IMG/VR virus record: IMGVR_UViG_3300036770_008730
Origin: a virus
Taxonomy: Duplodnaviria; Caudoviricetes
DNA: 64,000 nucleotides
Reading direction: 5' to 3' (one strand)
Position numbers and translations under genes: made by a program. A model generated the notes under the pieces. It was not told the DNA's origin. It searched no databases and saw nothing but the letters and a program-made list of their open reading frames with translations. The first letter of the stretch is position 1. Each line of letters opens with the position of its first letter. Below, in pieces: positions 1-10,934 of this stretch.

Positions 1-1
1 T

Positions 2-3000
2 CCTAGTTTTTTGACTCAATCAGAGACTAACTGGTTTACATATTGGCAAGATGTTAATAAAACATTCGAGTATTATTCTATCACACCAATGTCTGAATCT
101 ACAAAAGTTTTAATATCAACTACATTTTCATTTACTGGAATTACTTCTTCTTACATAATAAGTCCTACTAATAGTGGTACTTGGTCGACTGCTACTTCAA
201 GTATACTTAGTTTGGCACCGACTATTGCTAATCCAACAAGTTCTATAATCGCCTATAGTAGATTTGATGGTAATGGACTTACTCCTATAACTGCTCCTAC
301 TGCAAGTTTTGATTTCTATTTATGTGATTATATGATGATTGCACGATTTATATCTGGTGGATTTTCAGTTGAAGTAGGTGATTTGATATATTTCCAGAGT
401 TCTGTTGTTGATGCTAAATTATTAGTAAATAGAATAGAGACCTTCTCAGGATTTGATTATGTTTATATGTTCAATAGTTTTAATGGTCAAATGATTAATG
501 AAATTTCTGGTACTACTCATTCTATTAGCTTTACCAACTTAAATAGGTATAGCAATCTAAATGAACTAGTGATTAGATTTCAAGAACATCCAATATCAAA
601 CGGATATAAACTAGAGTCATTCACATCTTCAAATATTGTAGAAATATCAGCTTTGTTTAATAATCGAACAGCCTATTATAACTTAGCCACTAATGTAGAG
701 TTGACAGGTGATTTTAAAACAATGTCATATACATCTGGATTTTTAAATTTTGGTTATACACCAACTTACAATCTTTTAGATTATTTAGAAAATATAAATG
801 ATAAAACAAGTCTGAATCCTACGTTTTTTGCAGATAAAGAATTTTATTCAATGCCTGAATTTATTGCTATTCCACTTCAAGGAGTTGGAAATTTTACTTC
901 TGATATATGTTATATTGATTATAATGGTATAACCTATTCTCAGACAACCGGAAATACAATATATTTTGGATTAAATAGAAAATTAGAATGGGAAAGTCTA
1001 CTAATAAATACATTTGTTGATGTGACATTATATCACACAACAACTTGGGGAACTTCTCCTTATTTAACAGAAAGGCTATTAATAACGAATAAGTACTATA
1101 AATCTGATGAGGGTTATTATGTAATTGAATTTCATAAGAATTTTAATTTTAACTTGACTTTTCCTCTTTACTATGTTGATATTAGAAGTCGTAGAAAACT
1201 ATGGGAGATAAGTTCTGATTTACAAGAACTTAACAATATACAAAGACCTCGATTACAAAAAAGAAATCTTTTCTTGGGTAGTGAATTTACTAACTATGAA
1301 AGAGAGTTAAATTATAAAATAAACACGGATTCTTATGCTAAGGTTTTATTGTCAGATGTTGATGTTGTAAAAAATCTCAGTGCTGTAATCTATACCGATT
1401 ATAAGAACGAGTTATCCATGAATATAACAAATCTTGGAAAAGATTATAATATACCTATATTAAACACATCTAATTTTGCTGGTCAGTTATTTATAACTTG
1501 TGGTGAAAAACATGAATTAACTAATGGAGAAGGTGTGGTTTTAGAATTTAATGGAGGTACTGGCTCATCACAGGAACTTAATCAACAATATTTTGGTTAT
1601 TTTCCAGTTAATGTTGTTTCTGATTATAACTTTACAATAACAATGCCTTTCGGTACAACTCCAATTGTTGGTAATGATTCTGGTTTTGTAAAATACTCTA
1701 AGAAAGATCCATTTTTAAATTATCAACCAGTTGATGTTATTGATTTGGGTATCGACAAGAGAGGAAAACAGTCTGTAGAATTAAAGATTGAAAATGTTGT
1801 CTTACAAGATAACAAATTTAGACTTAGTGGTGTTGATTTTACAAAATATAGATTTAGACTTGTTGATTTATTGAATGTCGAAACTCTATCTGAAAAATAT
1901 CCTTGGATACTTGAGGCTGAAATTTCAGATGCTATTTTAGGACAAGATAGTAATGGTTTGGTTTGGTATAAGGGAACTTGGGAATGTGGTAGATGGTTCG
2001 GTGGAACTTGGATATCAGGTGCTTGGATATCAGGTGATTGGTATACTGGATTATGGAGGTCATTGACAATTAATGACAAAATTTTATCAGTTGAAATAGA
2101 TGAAAAATCATCAAATACTTTGAGTTCTACTTGGTTTGGTGGAAGATGGTATGACGGAACATGGCAAAATGGATTGTGGGTAGATGGTAGATGGTATGGT
2201 GGTACCTGGACTGATGGTCTATGGTATAACGGAATTTGGAATGATGGAAATTGGCTCAATGGAAGTTTCACCGGGGGTGTTTGGATTTTAGGAAATTGGG
2301 ATAATGGAATATTCAATTGTGATAATAATCCAGCTTATTGGTTAGATGGTAAGTGGTTCGGAGGTGATTTTGAAAATGGTATGTGGTACAATGGTTTATT
2401 TGATGAGAAAGATCTTAATAATCAACGATTGATTGTTCCAAAAAAATCAAGATTTGGAACAAAATCATACAATAGTAGAACTTCGACTTGGCATGGTGGT
2501 AAATGGGCACGAGGTAGTTTTTATTCAAGTATTAATATAAATGATGATGGTAAAGAAGATGTTAGTGATGTTCATAAATACTCGATATGGTATACTGGTC
2601 AGTGGTTAAGTGGCAATTGGTATGGTGGTATAGCTTATAATATTGATTTCAAGTCGGGAACTTGGCATGGTGGTATTTTAGATGATATTCAAATAATAGG
2701 AATGGATAGCACTGATAATTACTTTATTGCTAATGGTATTTTTAAATTTAATATTGGTGATGAAATTACTGTGACTGATAACAGACTTGATTCACCATTG
2801 GGTAGCTCCTATGGAACTAATTTTATACCAAAAAGATATACTGTGCTTTATACAGTAGAAGATACTCTAAATAAATGGACAAAGATTTATGTTTCTTCAA
2901 ACATAGTTGATAATGTTACAGCACCTACTTATACTGGATTATGGATAGTAAGTAGATTTAAAAATGCCAATTGGAAATCCGGAATTTGGACTAATGGTGT

Positions 3001-3067
3001 TTATGAGTCTGGCAATTGGGAGGGTGGTATTTGGTATAATGGTATATTTGAAGCAACTTGGATGTAA
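2..3067 (+). CDS. Large virion structural protein with Trp/Gly pentapeptide-like repeats (5'-truncated by window)
   Basis: Frame is open from the window edge (the TTG at 11 is probably internal). 1018+ aa, with C-terminal arrays such as WYKGTWECGRWFGGTWISGAWISGDWYTG; no enzyme motifs. Confidence 0.65.
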   Translation, partial: PSFLTQSETNWFTYWQDVNKTFEYYSITPMSESTKVLISTTFSFTGITSSYIISPTNSGTWSTATSSILSLAPTIANPTSSIIAYSRFDGNGLTPITAPTASFDFYLCDYMMIARFISGGFSVEVGDLIYFQSSVVDAKLLVNRIETFSGFDYVYMFNSFNGQMINEISGTTHSISFTNLNRYSNLNELVIRFQEHPISNGYKLESFTSSNIVEISALFNNRTAYYNLATNVELTGDFKTMSYTSGFLNFGYTPTYNLLDYLENINDKTSLNPTFFADKEFYSMPEFIAIPLQGVGNFTSDICYIDYNGITYSQTTGNTIYFGLNRKLEWESLLINTFVDVTLYHTTTWGTSPYLTERLLITNKYYKSDEGYYVIEFHKNFNFNLTFPLYYVDIRSRRKLWEISSDLQELNNIQRPRLQKRNLFLGSEFTNYERELNYKINTDSYAKVLLSDVDVVKNLSAVIYTDYKNELSMNITNLGKDYNIPILNTSNFAGQLFITCGEKHELTNGEGVVLEFNGGTGSSQELNQQYFGYFPVNVVSDYNFTITMPFGTTPIVGNDSGFVKYSKKDPFLNYQPVDVIDLGIDKRGKQSVELKIENVVLQDNKFRLSGVDFTKYRFRLVDLLNVETLSEKYPWILEAEISDAILGQDSNGLVWYKGTWECGRWFGGTWISGAWISGDWYTGLWRSLTINDKILSVEIDEKSSNTLSSTWFGGRWYDGTWQNGLWVDGRWYGGTWTDGLWYNGIWNDGNWLNGSFTGGVWILGNWDNGIFNCDNNPAYWLDGKWFGGDFENGMWYNGLFDEKDLNNQRLIVPKKSRFGTKSYNSRTSTWHGGKWARGSFYSSININDDGKEDVSDVHKYSIWYTGQWLSGNWYGGIAYNIDFKSGTWHGGILDDIQIIGMDSTDNYFIANGIFKFNIGDEITVTDNRLDSPLGSSYGTNFIPKRYTVLYTVEDTLNKWTKIYVSSNIVDNVTAPTYTGLWIVSRFKNANWKSGIWTNGVYESGNWEGGIWYNGIFEATWM

Positions 3068-3099
3068 AATTTGGTTTTCATAAAAAAATATATATCTAT

Positions 3100-3597
3100 A
3101 TGAAAAAGTTTAGCCAAATAGAAAGCCAAAATGAAGGTCTTAAAGAAAAGATAGTTAGTGGTTTAGCTGGACTATCTATGTTAGTTTCCTCTTGTCAATC
3201 AATAACACCTGAAGAAAAACAAAGATTACAGACTGAGATTGAACATCTTAATCAACAGCAGGATCATGATAAGAAAATGGTTAATTACTATGATGCTCAA
3301 TCTAAAGATAGAATGTCGAAGGTTAGAGAACTTGAAGATGAAATAGGTGAGTTAGAAAAGAAATTAGGAATTCTAAAAACTGGAAAAAAACCTAAATTTA
3401 TACTAAAGCTTCACCTTGAAGAAGGTGGATTGGACAATATTGGAAATTTTGATAGATTACAATTTGATATTGAAATCCCTGTTGATGAAGAATATTTTAA
3501 AAAGTGTAAAGTTGGTGAGGAGCTAGCAAAAGATGTTAGACTTACAAACATATTTCAAAACTGTAATCTGACTGTTGAAGATAAAAGAATGGAATAA
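3100..3597 (+). CDS. Hypothetical protein with capsid-targeting-like leader followed by lipobox-like segment
   Basis: Preferred ATG at 3100 (MKKFSQIESQNEGLKEKIVSGLAGLSMLVSSCQ), in frame with the track ORF 3058 and preceded by AAATATATA; then a coiled coil. Confidence 0.6.
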   Translation: MKKFSQIESQNEGLKEKIVSGLAGLSMLVSSCQSITPEEKQRLQTEIEHLNQQQDHDKKMVNYYDAQSKDRMSKVRELEDEIGELEKKLGILKTGKKPKFILKLHLEEGGLDNIGNFDRLQFDIEIPVDEEYFKKCKVGEELAKDVRLTNIFQNCNLTVEDKRME

Positions 3598-3601
3598 CTC
3601 T

Positions 3602-3991
3602 ATGATAAAAAGATATTTAAATTTTATAGTTGAGGCTGATGAGGTTAACGTTGATAAATTGGAAACCGATCAATCTTCTTCATCCGATTTTATCGAGGTT
3701 AAGGATGAATTAATGTCGATGATTGAAGAAACTGCAAAAAAACAAAAACAAGAACCAAATTCATTTTTGAAAGAATTTCTAAAAAATCCAAAAGATGTTA
3801 AGATAGACGGTCTAGTAACAGATTCTGATGTATTTGAATTTTATAAAAAATGGGGAAATGATATTGATGAAATTTTGAATAAGATAAAATTTTTCAATGA
3901 AAGACCAAGTGATTTGAATGCAATAGGTTTATATAAATATCTAATAATTGCAACCGAAAAGGCTATAGTAGAATTCCTAAAAACAAAATAA
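3602..3991 (+). CDS. Acidic hypothetical protein, putative internal head protein
   Basis: Preferred ATG at 3602 gives MIKRYLNFIVEADE, a leader shared with several other ORFs. Confidence 0.55.
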   Translation: MIKRYLNFIVEADEVNVDKLETDQSSSSDFIEVKDELMSMIEETAKKQKQEPNSFLKEFLKNPKDVKIDGLVTDSDVFEFYKKWGNDIDEILNKIKFFNERPSDLNAIGLYKYLIIATEKAIVEFLKTK

Positions 3992-4438
3992 TCATTTCAT
4001 TAAATATTGTAAGATATCGAAATGTATATGAAAGTGATTTATTATTAATAAAATATAAGTTGAGACTTTAACGACTAAAAATGAAATTGATAATATTTTT
4101 ATCAAAATATTATATCTTATGGATTTTGTAGATAGATTTATTATTAGCGAACATATCAAAATTGCTAAATAGACATACCAAGATTTAGTTAAAAGACCAC
4201 CAAATAAAAGAAATAACTCTAAAAAATTTATAATTCTATAAGCGGAAAGTGAATTGTATTCTTCTTCTTCTCTAAAGTCTTCTTTATTGGCTTTTTTACC
4301 TGTAACCTTCTCATATTTGTCAAACCATTCTTCAATATTTTTAATTGAAAAAAATTTTGAAATTATGCCTAAAAGTAAAAAAGATGTAAAAAGTGCGTAT
4401 ATGTAAAATACATGTCCCATTGGTCTGTTATATACCAA
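3992..4438 (-). CDS. Hypothetical membrane protein (about 3-4 TM segments)
   Basis: 148 aa with hydrophobic stretches at residues ~8-28, 68-100 and 112-135. Confidence 0.6.
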   Translation of the reverse strand: MVYNRPMGHVFYIYALFTSFLLLGIISKFFSIKNIEEWFDKYEKVTGKKANKEDFREEEEYNSLSAYRIINFLELFLLFGGLLTKSWYVYLAILICSLIINLSTKSIRYNILIKILSISFLVVKVSTYILLIINHFHIHFDILQYLMK

Positions 4439-4484
4439 TAATTTTTTTTGTTTAATTTTTTAAAAGTAAACAGAAAGTGTTTTT

Positions 4485-4493
4485 TAATATATA
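4485..4493 (+). promoter_or_regulatory. Putative phage late promoter TAATATATA
   Basis: Exact motif in the intergenic gap 27 nt before the ATG at 4521. Confidence 0.55.
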
Positions 4494-4520
4494 TAGTTAA
4501 TAAAATTATTTTTATTTTTA

Positions 4521-7214
4521 ATGGCATCTACACCACTTTATAAAAAAATTAAATCCAACGGAACAACATTTTATGCTTTTCCTGGTGCGTCGGAAGACAT
4601 CTCATCAGCTTATCAGAATAGTAACTACAAAATGTATTTTTCAAAATATATTTTGTTGAATCTTCCTAAGCAGAACTTAAATGCAGGAACTCAATCAAAT
4701 CCTATATACTTTGATTTTGATAATTCTTTTGCTAAATCATCTGTTGCTCAAGCAGCATCTAATTATCAAGATGCTATAGTAGAGTCTCTTAGAAATTATG
4801 TAGCAAATCAAGAAGTGGTCATTCGTGAATCAAGATTAAACAATACTGATTATTATTATGATACAAATGTTTTAGAAACATCTTCTGAGAAAATATTCTG
4901 GAAATGGTGTAAAAAATTAAACATAATTCAATTTGAACCATCTATTCCAGATGATGAGTATTTTCCAAATTTACCTGAGTTTGGTTCTAAAAATATAAAT
5001 GATGATGAATTCTTTCCTGAGATTCTTTGGAAAGAAAGAGAAGTCATTTCCTATGATACACTTTATTATTATGAGTCCGGTGAGGTTGGATATTCTTCTA
5101 AGTTAGAAGTTGAATTTTCCGGTGTTACTAATTTTAAAGTTGGTGATACGGTAAATATATTTAATGTATCGAACTCTACCATAACCGCCAATTCAAGTTC
5201 TCCAGTGTCTTTAGCTGAAGCAGGAACTGAACAAGGTTACAATACGAAAATTTTGAAAATAATACCATCTGGTGCTACTCAAGGACAGAGAATTATATTT
5301 GATATCGAATCTTATTTACCAAAAAATTCAGAATTTGATGGTCAAGCAAAGTTAGTATATCACAGATTAGTTCAATATATAGGTGAGGTTAATGGTATTA
5401 GTAATGTTGCAGAGGCTAACAGGTCATATACTGAAGTTTATGCTCATATTCCTGACCATACTGGAATGACTCCTGATATTTTATTTCGAACAAAATATGA
5501 TGTTAATTATCGACCCAATTTAACTTTCCCGATTATACCTGGACAATATCAACCAGAAATTGTCGGAGCTGAAAATTTTAATTTTCCTATAGTTTCCACA
5601 CCACAAGATTATCCTGGTTCATATTTTGGACAATTTGATACATTAGACTTTACCTATGAGACATCAACTGGTGATGAAATAAGAAGAAGTGGTGATTATT
5701 TTGGTGTTACTGGTGATACTAATGTTCCAATAACTTACGCTACTGATCTTGATGGATTGACTGTTGATTTCAATCCTAGTCATTATGTGAAAATGAATAT
5801 TTTTAATAGAGAAGTTACAAATTTTGATCAGTTTAATGCACAAGAGGTTAATAATGAACCACCTCGTGATTTCGAATTTAATGCCATATTATGGTATTAT
5901 ACTGTTGAAAATATAAACGGTCAATCTACTACTAATTTATATGGTATAACATTTTTAGATAATCCAGATAACAATTTGATACCTGAAGAAGTGGGTTTAA
6001 GATTTCCAACATATAAGAAGTTAGTATCAAATGGTCAGCAGGATGGAACATCTTTTGCTTTTAGTTTGATGTTGAACTTTAATATTATTAATGATAACGT
6101 TCAAGATTCTTATAATCCAGAAGCTATAAATTCACTATTCTCAATGAATTTATTCAATAATGCTATGTCAAGATTGGCATCTTTGAATGATAGCTTTTTG
6201 AATATTCTAGCTGAAAATGGGGCTCTAAGAGATGAGATTTTAAACATAAAAAGCTTATTATATACTCAGAACGATTTGAACACTATTAACACAAAGATAG
6301 CTAGTCTTGAAAATCTGTTAAAATTATACTCAACGAATCAAATTGTGAGTAGTCCAACAGTAGAAGTTTCTACTTCTTTTGGGAGTCCACCTCAAATACA
6401 ATTAAATTCTATAGATACTGCTTATAGTAAAATAGACACATTATTAACTTCTCAAATGTATAATAATGTAGGTGTGATACCTATTAATGTTTCTGTTCCA
6501 TTAAATAAAAGTTTTCTTGTTTCAGTTATAAATAATGATGAGGTTGAGGTACAGTTTGCTCAACCAGAAAATCTTACAATTATATTAGATAGAGAATTAG
6601 ATATAAATCAAACCTGTGAATTTTTAATTACGGCTAGTGAGTTTTCTTCTCAAAATAAAAAAATTGATATTTTAGTTAGAAATTCATTAAATGGTCAATT
6701 AACTGAGACTCTAATCTTAGGAGATATAGATTTACCAGTATTTTACAATACAACAACTCAATTAGCAAATTCATCATTTCTTTGGAAGGATTTCAATTTT
6801 GAAATTGATTTGACTCAGCCTATAAATTTGGATGGTAATTTATTACTTGAGGTTCCTTTTGCTGGAAACACTACTATTATTAATAACTCTATAAAAGTTG
6901 GTGATGTTTTATACTTGAATAACTTTTTTGTCGGAACTGTTTCTGTTTATGATTTTTCTGGCCAGTATGAAGTGAACTCATCTATTGGGTCTACAAGCTC
7001 ATACTTTAGATTTGATATAAGTTCTAATCCAGACTTTATTGCTTATGGTAGCTCAGCATCTCTTCCTTTACAATTACACGGCACATCTTCTACACTACTT
7101 TCAAATAATCCTTATTTCTCTCTTAACAAGGGTAAGAAAATAAAGCTTTATAGAGTTAGTAGTTCAAATATATTCAGTGAAAGATACAGGATTGAAACTC
7201 AAGATATAAATTAG
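4521..7214 (+). CDS. Large putative virion structural protein (baseplate/tail-type)
   Basis: 897 aa, beta-rich N/S/T/Y composition, central coiled coil (LAENGALRDEIL...KIASLENLLK), flanked by structural genes. Confidence 0.55.
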   Translation: MASTPLYKKIKSNGTTFYAFPGASEDISSAYQNSNYKMYFSKYILLNLPKQNLNAGTQSNPIYFDFDNSFAKSSVAQAASNYQDAIVESLRNYVANQEVVIRESRLNNTDYYYDTNVLETSSEKIFWKWCKKLNIIQFEPSIPDDEYFPNLPEFGSKNINDDEFFPEILWKEREVISYDTLYYYESGEVGYSSKLEVEFSGVTNFKVGDTVNIFNVSNSTITANSSSPVSLAEAGTEQGYNTKILKIIPSGATQGQRIIFDIESYLPKNSEFDGQAKLVYHRLVQYIGEVNGISNVAEANRSYTEVYAHIPDHTGMTPDILFRTKYDVNYRPNLTFPIIPGQYQPEIVGAENFNFPIVSTPQDYPGSYFGQFDTLDFTYETSTGDEIRRSGDYFGVTGDTNVPITYATDLDGLTVDFNPSHYVKMNIFNREVTNFDQFNAQEVNNEPPRDFEFNAILWYYTVENINGQSTTNLYGITFLDNPDNNLIPEEVGLRFPTYKKLVSNGQQDGTSFAFSLMLNFNIINDNVQDSYNPEAINSLFSMNLFNNAMSRLASLNDSFLNILAENGALRDEILNIKSLLYTQNDLNTINTKIASLENLLKLYSTNQIVSSPTVEVSTSFGSPPQIQLNSIDTAYSKIDTLLTSQMYNNVGVIPINVSVPLNKSFLVSVINNDEVEVQFAQPENLTIILDRELDINQTCEFLITASEFSSQNKKIDILVRNSLNGQLTETLILGDIDLPVFYNTTTQLANSSFLWKDFNFEIDLTQPINLDGNLLLEVPFAGNTTIINNSIKVGDVLYLNNFFVGTVSVYDFSGQYEVNSSIGSTSSYFRFDISSNPDFIAYGSSASLPLQLHGTSSTLLSNNPYFSLNKGKKIKLYRVSSSNIFSERYRIETQDIN

Positions 7215-7225
7215 TTTATTAATTT

Positions 7226-7234
7226 TAATATATA
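7226..7234 (+). promoter_or_regulatory. Putative phage late promoter TAATATATA
   Basis: Exact motif in the intergenic gap before the ATG at 7258. Confidence 0.55.
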
Positions 7235-7257
7235 TGTTAAAATTAAAAACTTAAATT

Positions 7258-8409
7258 ATGTCTGTTTGTGGTGCATCGCTTTTTGGAAATACAAGTCAAT
7301 ATATTAAAATTAATAATGGAGACTTTATAGCTATCCAAGGTTCAGATACGAGAGAAAGGCTTATAACTTCTGATTTAAGAATGCCTTACAAACAAATTCT
7401 TAAAAGTAGAGTTATTCTAAAACCTGGTCAAATTAACTATCTTCTAAATCATTTAGGTCTGGGTGATAATGCTACATTTTTAGCTCTAAGAGCTACTTAC
7501 GACCCTAAATCGGTAATAGCTGAAGACAATTATATCAGTTGGTCTTATTATGATGACTTAACAAGAATAAACAATTTTGCACAATTATTGGTATTGACTG
7601 GTAATTCTGCAAAAAGAATACCTCAATTATATCTTACCAATCCTAATACAAAATATCAAGTTTTAATTGATGTTATGGTCGCATCAATAGATGATACGTA
7701 CTCTATATTTACTGACACTTTGAATCAATCAGGTACTTCTTTTGTTGGATTAGAATATACAGATATTAAATCTTATGTAGTTGGAGAGTCAATAGTTTTC
7801 TTTGACAAAAGTTCTCCTAAGCGCCCTTTGATATATGTTGATTTGACAAATATAGATGCAATTACTAAAAATGGAAGTATATTAGTTATAGATGATGGAA
7901 CTCTTGGAACTTTATTTTTTCAATTCAAAACAGAATATGATGCTAATCAAGCCAATTCTTTATTAAATTATGTTTTAGTAAATCCAAATGTAGATATAGA
8001 TAGTCTTTCTCCTTTAGCTGATGATGAGGTTCCTGTAATTAATTTCAATTCTACATCAGGTATTGGTGGTGATTACATCTCATTTAATGGTGCTACCTCC
8101 GGTGTTCCATACAATACATCTGTTGGATTCACATTTTCGACTTCTATTTCTCTTTCAACATTTGGAACTGTATCAGGTCCAAATACTGTTATAGATAAAC
8201 AAAAATTGATAGATTTAATAATTGCATCAGCTTCTGATAATAGAGATGGAATCATATTGGTTCAACCTTCAAATTTAATACTAAGTGGCACATCTGGTGT
8301 TGTGAATACAATAATACAAACAGGAAGTTATTCATTAACTTTTGATATTAAAGATATTGCACAAAATAATATGACTGGTTATATTTTGAATTTAGATATT
8401 ATTTCTTAA
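7258..8409 (+). CDS. Putative virion structural protein, possible C-terminal Ig-like domain
   Basis: 383 aa; C-terminal ASASDNRDG...GSYSLTFDIKDIAQN resembles Ig-like/HYR-type modules. Confidence 0.5.
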   Translation: MSVCGASLFGNTSQYIKINNGDFIAIQGSDTRERLITSDLRMPYKQILKSRVILKPGQINYLLNHLGLGDNATFLALRATYDPKSVIAEDNYISWSYYDDLTRINNFAQLLVLTGNSAKRIPQLYLTNPNTKYQVLIDVMVASIDDTYSIFTDTLNQSGTSFVGLEYTDIKSYVVGESIVFFDKSSPKRPLIYVDLTNIDAITKNGSILVIDDGTLGTLFFQFKTEYDANQANSLLNYVLVNPNVDIDSLSPLADDEVPVINFNSTSGIGGDYISFNGATSGVPYNTSVGFTFSTSISLSTFGTVSGPNTVIDKQKLIDLIIASASDNRDGIILVQPSNLILSGTSGVVNTIIQTGSYSLTFDIKDIAQNNMTGYILNLDIIS

Positions 8410-8425
8410 AAAAATAAAAAAATAG

Positions 8426-10933
8426 ATGAGTTTTAGTCACGATAAATTTCTTAAACCGATTACCTCAAAAGATAGGTATATTCAAATTTTAGATGATAAT
8501 GGGGTTACCAAACATCTAATTAATCCATTTTCCATTATTAATGTAATGGTTTCAAATAATCTTTTGAGAATAAATCTTAGGGAGAATAAATTTATATCTA
8601 TATTATTTAATTCGATAAACGAGTCTAAGCTTGCATTAGTCAATATACAAATTCAAATTGAACAACTTACTACTAAAGTTCCTTTTAATATAGAGAAATC
8701 TGTTGAAAATTATATACTCGATAAAACTAATATAAATTATGGAAATGGTTTAAGTTTAACAGGAGCGACATTAAGTGTTGGTGGTGATCTTACAGATACA
8801 TTATATATAAATGGTCAGTATAATAATTTAATTGGCGTTGGATTTGATATTATATCTTTCACATCATCTGTTTTTGATGTTGTTTCAGATTTTATAAGTT
8901 TAGATTCCATTGATAATATTCAGATTTTGGCACAAAATGATCTTGTGATAGATGCTGGACAAGTTATTTCTATAAGTGGTAGTAGTTCTTTAGTATCTAT
9001 AAGTGATGGAAGAGGGTTGGTATATCAGTCAGATTATTCTTCTAGTTTCGTTACTCAGTCAATTGTAGATAAATTATATGTTGATAATAAAGTAACTAAT
9101 ATATCCGAAATAAATAGCACAACTTTTAGTATAAATTCTGCAAATACGATAGTAGATGGCCATATTTTACCATCTCTAAATCTTACTTACGATTTAGGTT
9201 CAACTTCATCACAATGGAGAAGTTTACATGTTGGTTCTGGTTCTATTTATATAGGTGGTGTAACATTGTCTAGTTCTGGTGATAGTTTAGTTGTTAATAG
9301 CATATCTGTCGGTGGTCCAGATTCTAATTTAGTTATTTCATCTGGTAATAATAATCTTAATGTTTCTGGAGACTTGGTTGTTGATGGTAATATGACAGTA
9401 AATGGCACTACATCAACAATAAATACTGAAAATCTTATAGTAAAAGATGCACTTATTTTATTAGCCTCTGATCAATCAGGAACACCGACATTGGATAGTG
9501 GTATTCTTATAAATAGAGGAACTGGATTGACCCAAGGGTTCGTCTGGGATGAATCAGAAGGTCATTTTGCTTTATTATCAACAGAACAGTCATCTTTACT
9601 TGAACAAGAGATTCTAATTTCCTCATATTCAGATTTAAAGTTGAATAACTTAAAATCTCAGACAATTCAAATAACAGAGGGAGCTCAAAGTGATTATATT
9701 TTAATATCCGATGTTGATGGAAATGCTAGTTGGACGGCATCGATACCAGGAACTTCCGGTACATCCGGTTCTAGTGGTAGTTCTGGGACATCTGGTTCTA
9801 GTGGTAGTTCTGGAACATCCGGTTCTAGTGGTAGTTCTGGAACATCCGGTTCTAGTGGTAGTTCTGGGACATCTGGTTCTAGTGGTAGTTCTGGGACATC
9901 CGGTTCTAGTGGTAGTTCTGGAACATCCGGTTCTAGTGGTAGTTCTGGTGCTAATGGTACATCTGGCACATCAGGTATCGGTACAAACGGCACATCTGGT
10001 ACTTCAGGTATTGGTACAAATGGTACATCTGGAACTTCTGGAATAACTCCTATTACTGCAGCGGTTAACTATAGCCAAAATAAAGGTATCAAAGTTACTG
10101 TACCAAGTGGAGCTTCTTTACCTTATACTATTATATCTACATCAATAACTACTAATGGTGGTCCTGTGCAAGTCATTGTTAGTGGTGATGCCAACCCCGC
10201 ATCACCTGGATGGGGTAGAATATCTATTTATAGGGATAGTACAGAAATTGGACAAAGAGTTCAGTTTGAATCTGATGGTGGGAATGAAAACAATCCATAT
10301 TGTTTACAAGTTATAGATACGCCATCGAGCGGAACCTACACATATAGTTTAAAATTAACAAATCAAAGTGCAACTAATGTTGACTTTGGTGAAGATCAAG
10401 GACCTATTATTTCAGTAATTGAATTACAGAATGTAATTGGGGCGACCGGTGTTACTGGAAGTACCGGAGTCGCTGGGACCTCGGGAACCAGTGGAACAAC
10501 TCCGACCACAAGTCTATCCTTATCAGAGAACTTAACAGTCAGTGGAACTTCATCTTTCAATGGACTAACTGTTTTACAAGAGGTTATAGAGGTTATAAAT
10601 TCAACTCCTGGGGCTACCGCATCTACAGTTTTTTATGACTTTACTACTGGTTCTAACTGGTATCACTCCTCCGCTACTACAAACTATACGGCTAACTTTA
10701 CAAATGTACCTACAACAGATAATAGAGCTATTACAGCCACAATTATTATAAATCAAGGATCAACAGCCTATATACCAACTTCTGTTCAGATAAACAGTGT
10801 TTCACAAACAATTAAATGGTCTGGTGGTACTGCTTCAGGTAATGCTAATCAAGTTGATATAGTTGGATTCACATTTATCAGAAGTGGTGGTTCTTGGGCA
10901 CAAGTCTTAGGACAAATAAACACTTTTGATTAA
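8426..10933 (+). CDS. Tail fibre-like protein with Gly-X-Y (GTSGSSGSS) collagen-like tract
   Basis: 835 aa; fibre motifs (YDLGSTSSQWRSLHVG; LNVSGDLVVDG; SGNLTVSG-like), a Ser/Gly repeat, and a block shared with the 60698 fibre. Confidence 0.75.
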   Translation: MSFSHDKFLKPITSKDRYIQILDDNGVTKHLINPFSIINVMVSNNLLRINLRENKFISILFNSINESKLALVNIQIQIEQLTTKVPFNIEKSVENYILDKTNINYGNGLSLTGATLSVGGDLTDTLYINGQYNNLIGVGFDIISFTSSVFDVVSDFISLDSIDNIQILAQNDLVIDAGQVISISGSSSLVSISDGRGLVYQSDYSSSFVTQSIVDKLYVDNKVTNISEINSTTFSINSANTIVDGHILPSLNLTYDLGSTSSQWRSLHVGSGSIYIGGVTLSSSGDSLVVNSISVGGPDSNLVISSGNNNLNVSGDLVVDGNMTVNGTTSTINTENLIVKDALILLASDQSGTPTLDSGILINRGTGLTQGFVWDESEGHFALLSTEQSSLLEQEILISSYSDLKLNNLKSQTIQITEGAQSDYILISDVDGNASWTASIPGTSGTSGSSGSSGTSGSSGSSGTSGSSGSSGTSGSSGSSGTSGSSGSSGTSGSSGSSGTSGSSGSSGANGTSGTSGIGTNGTSGTSGIGTNGTSGTSGITPITAAVNYSQNKGIKVTVPSGASLPYTIISTSITTNGGPVQVIVSGDANPASPGWGRISIYRDSTEIGQRVQFESDGGNENNPYCLQVIDTPSSGTYTYSLKLTNQSATNVDFGEDQGPIISVIELQNVIGATGVTGSTGVAGTSGTSGTTPTTSLSLSENLTVSGTSSFNGLTVLQEVIEVINSTPGATASTVFYDFTTGSNWYHSSATTNYTANFTNVPTTDNRAITATIIINQGSTAYIPTSVQINSVSQTIKWSGGTASGNANQVDIVGFTFIRSGGSWAQVLGQINTFD
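9749..10042 (+). repeat. Coding tandem repeat: 7 x 27 nt (GTSGSSGSS) at 9758-9946 plus GTNGTSGTSGI units
   Basis: Direct reading: GGN ACA TCY GGT TCT AGT GGT AGT TCT x7. Confidence 0.95.
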
Positions 10934-10934
10934 T

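Noticed and set aside
1723-2316. Antisense or embedded ORFs (1723..2316, 17860..18213, 35419..35646, 44299..44736, 45320..45661, 49189..49680, 52268..52699 and similar)
   Set aside because: They lie wholly opposite or within well-supported genes and have no motifs; stop-poor antisense frames are expected.
9749-10042. Repeats here and at 62756-64000 as possible CRISPR arrays
   Set aside because: No unique spacers; units are contiguous in-frame codons; no cas genes in the window.
9694-10046. ORFs 9694..9993 (-) and 9711..10046 (+)
   Set aside because: Shadow frames of the 27-nt coding repeat inside the fibre gene.
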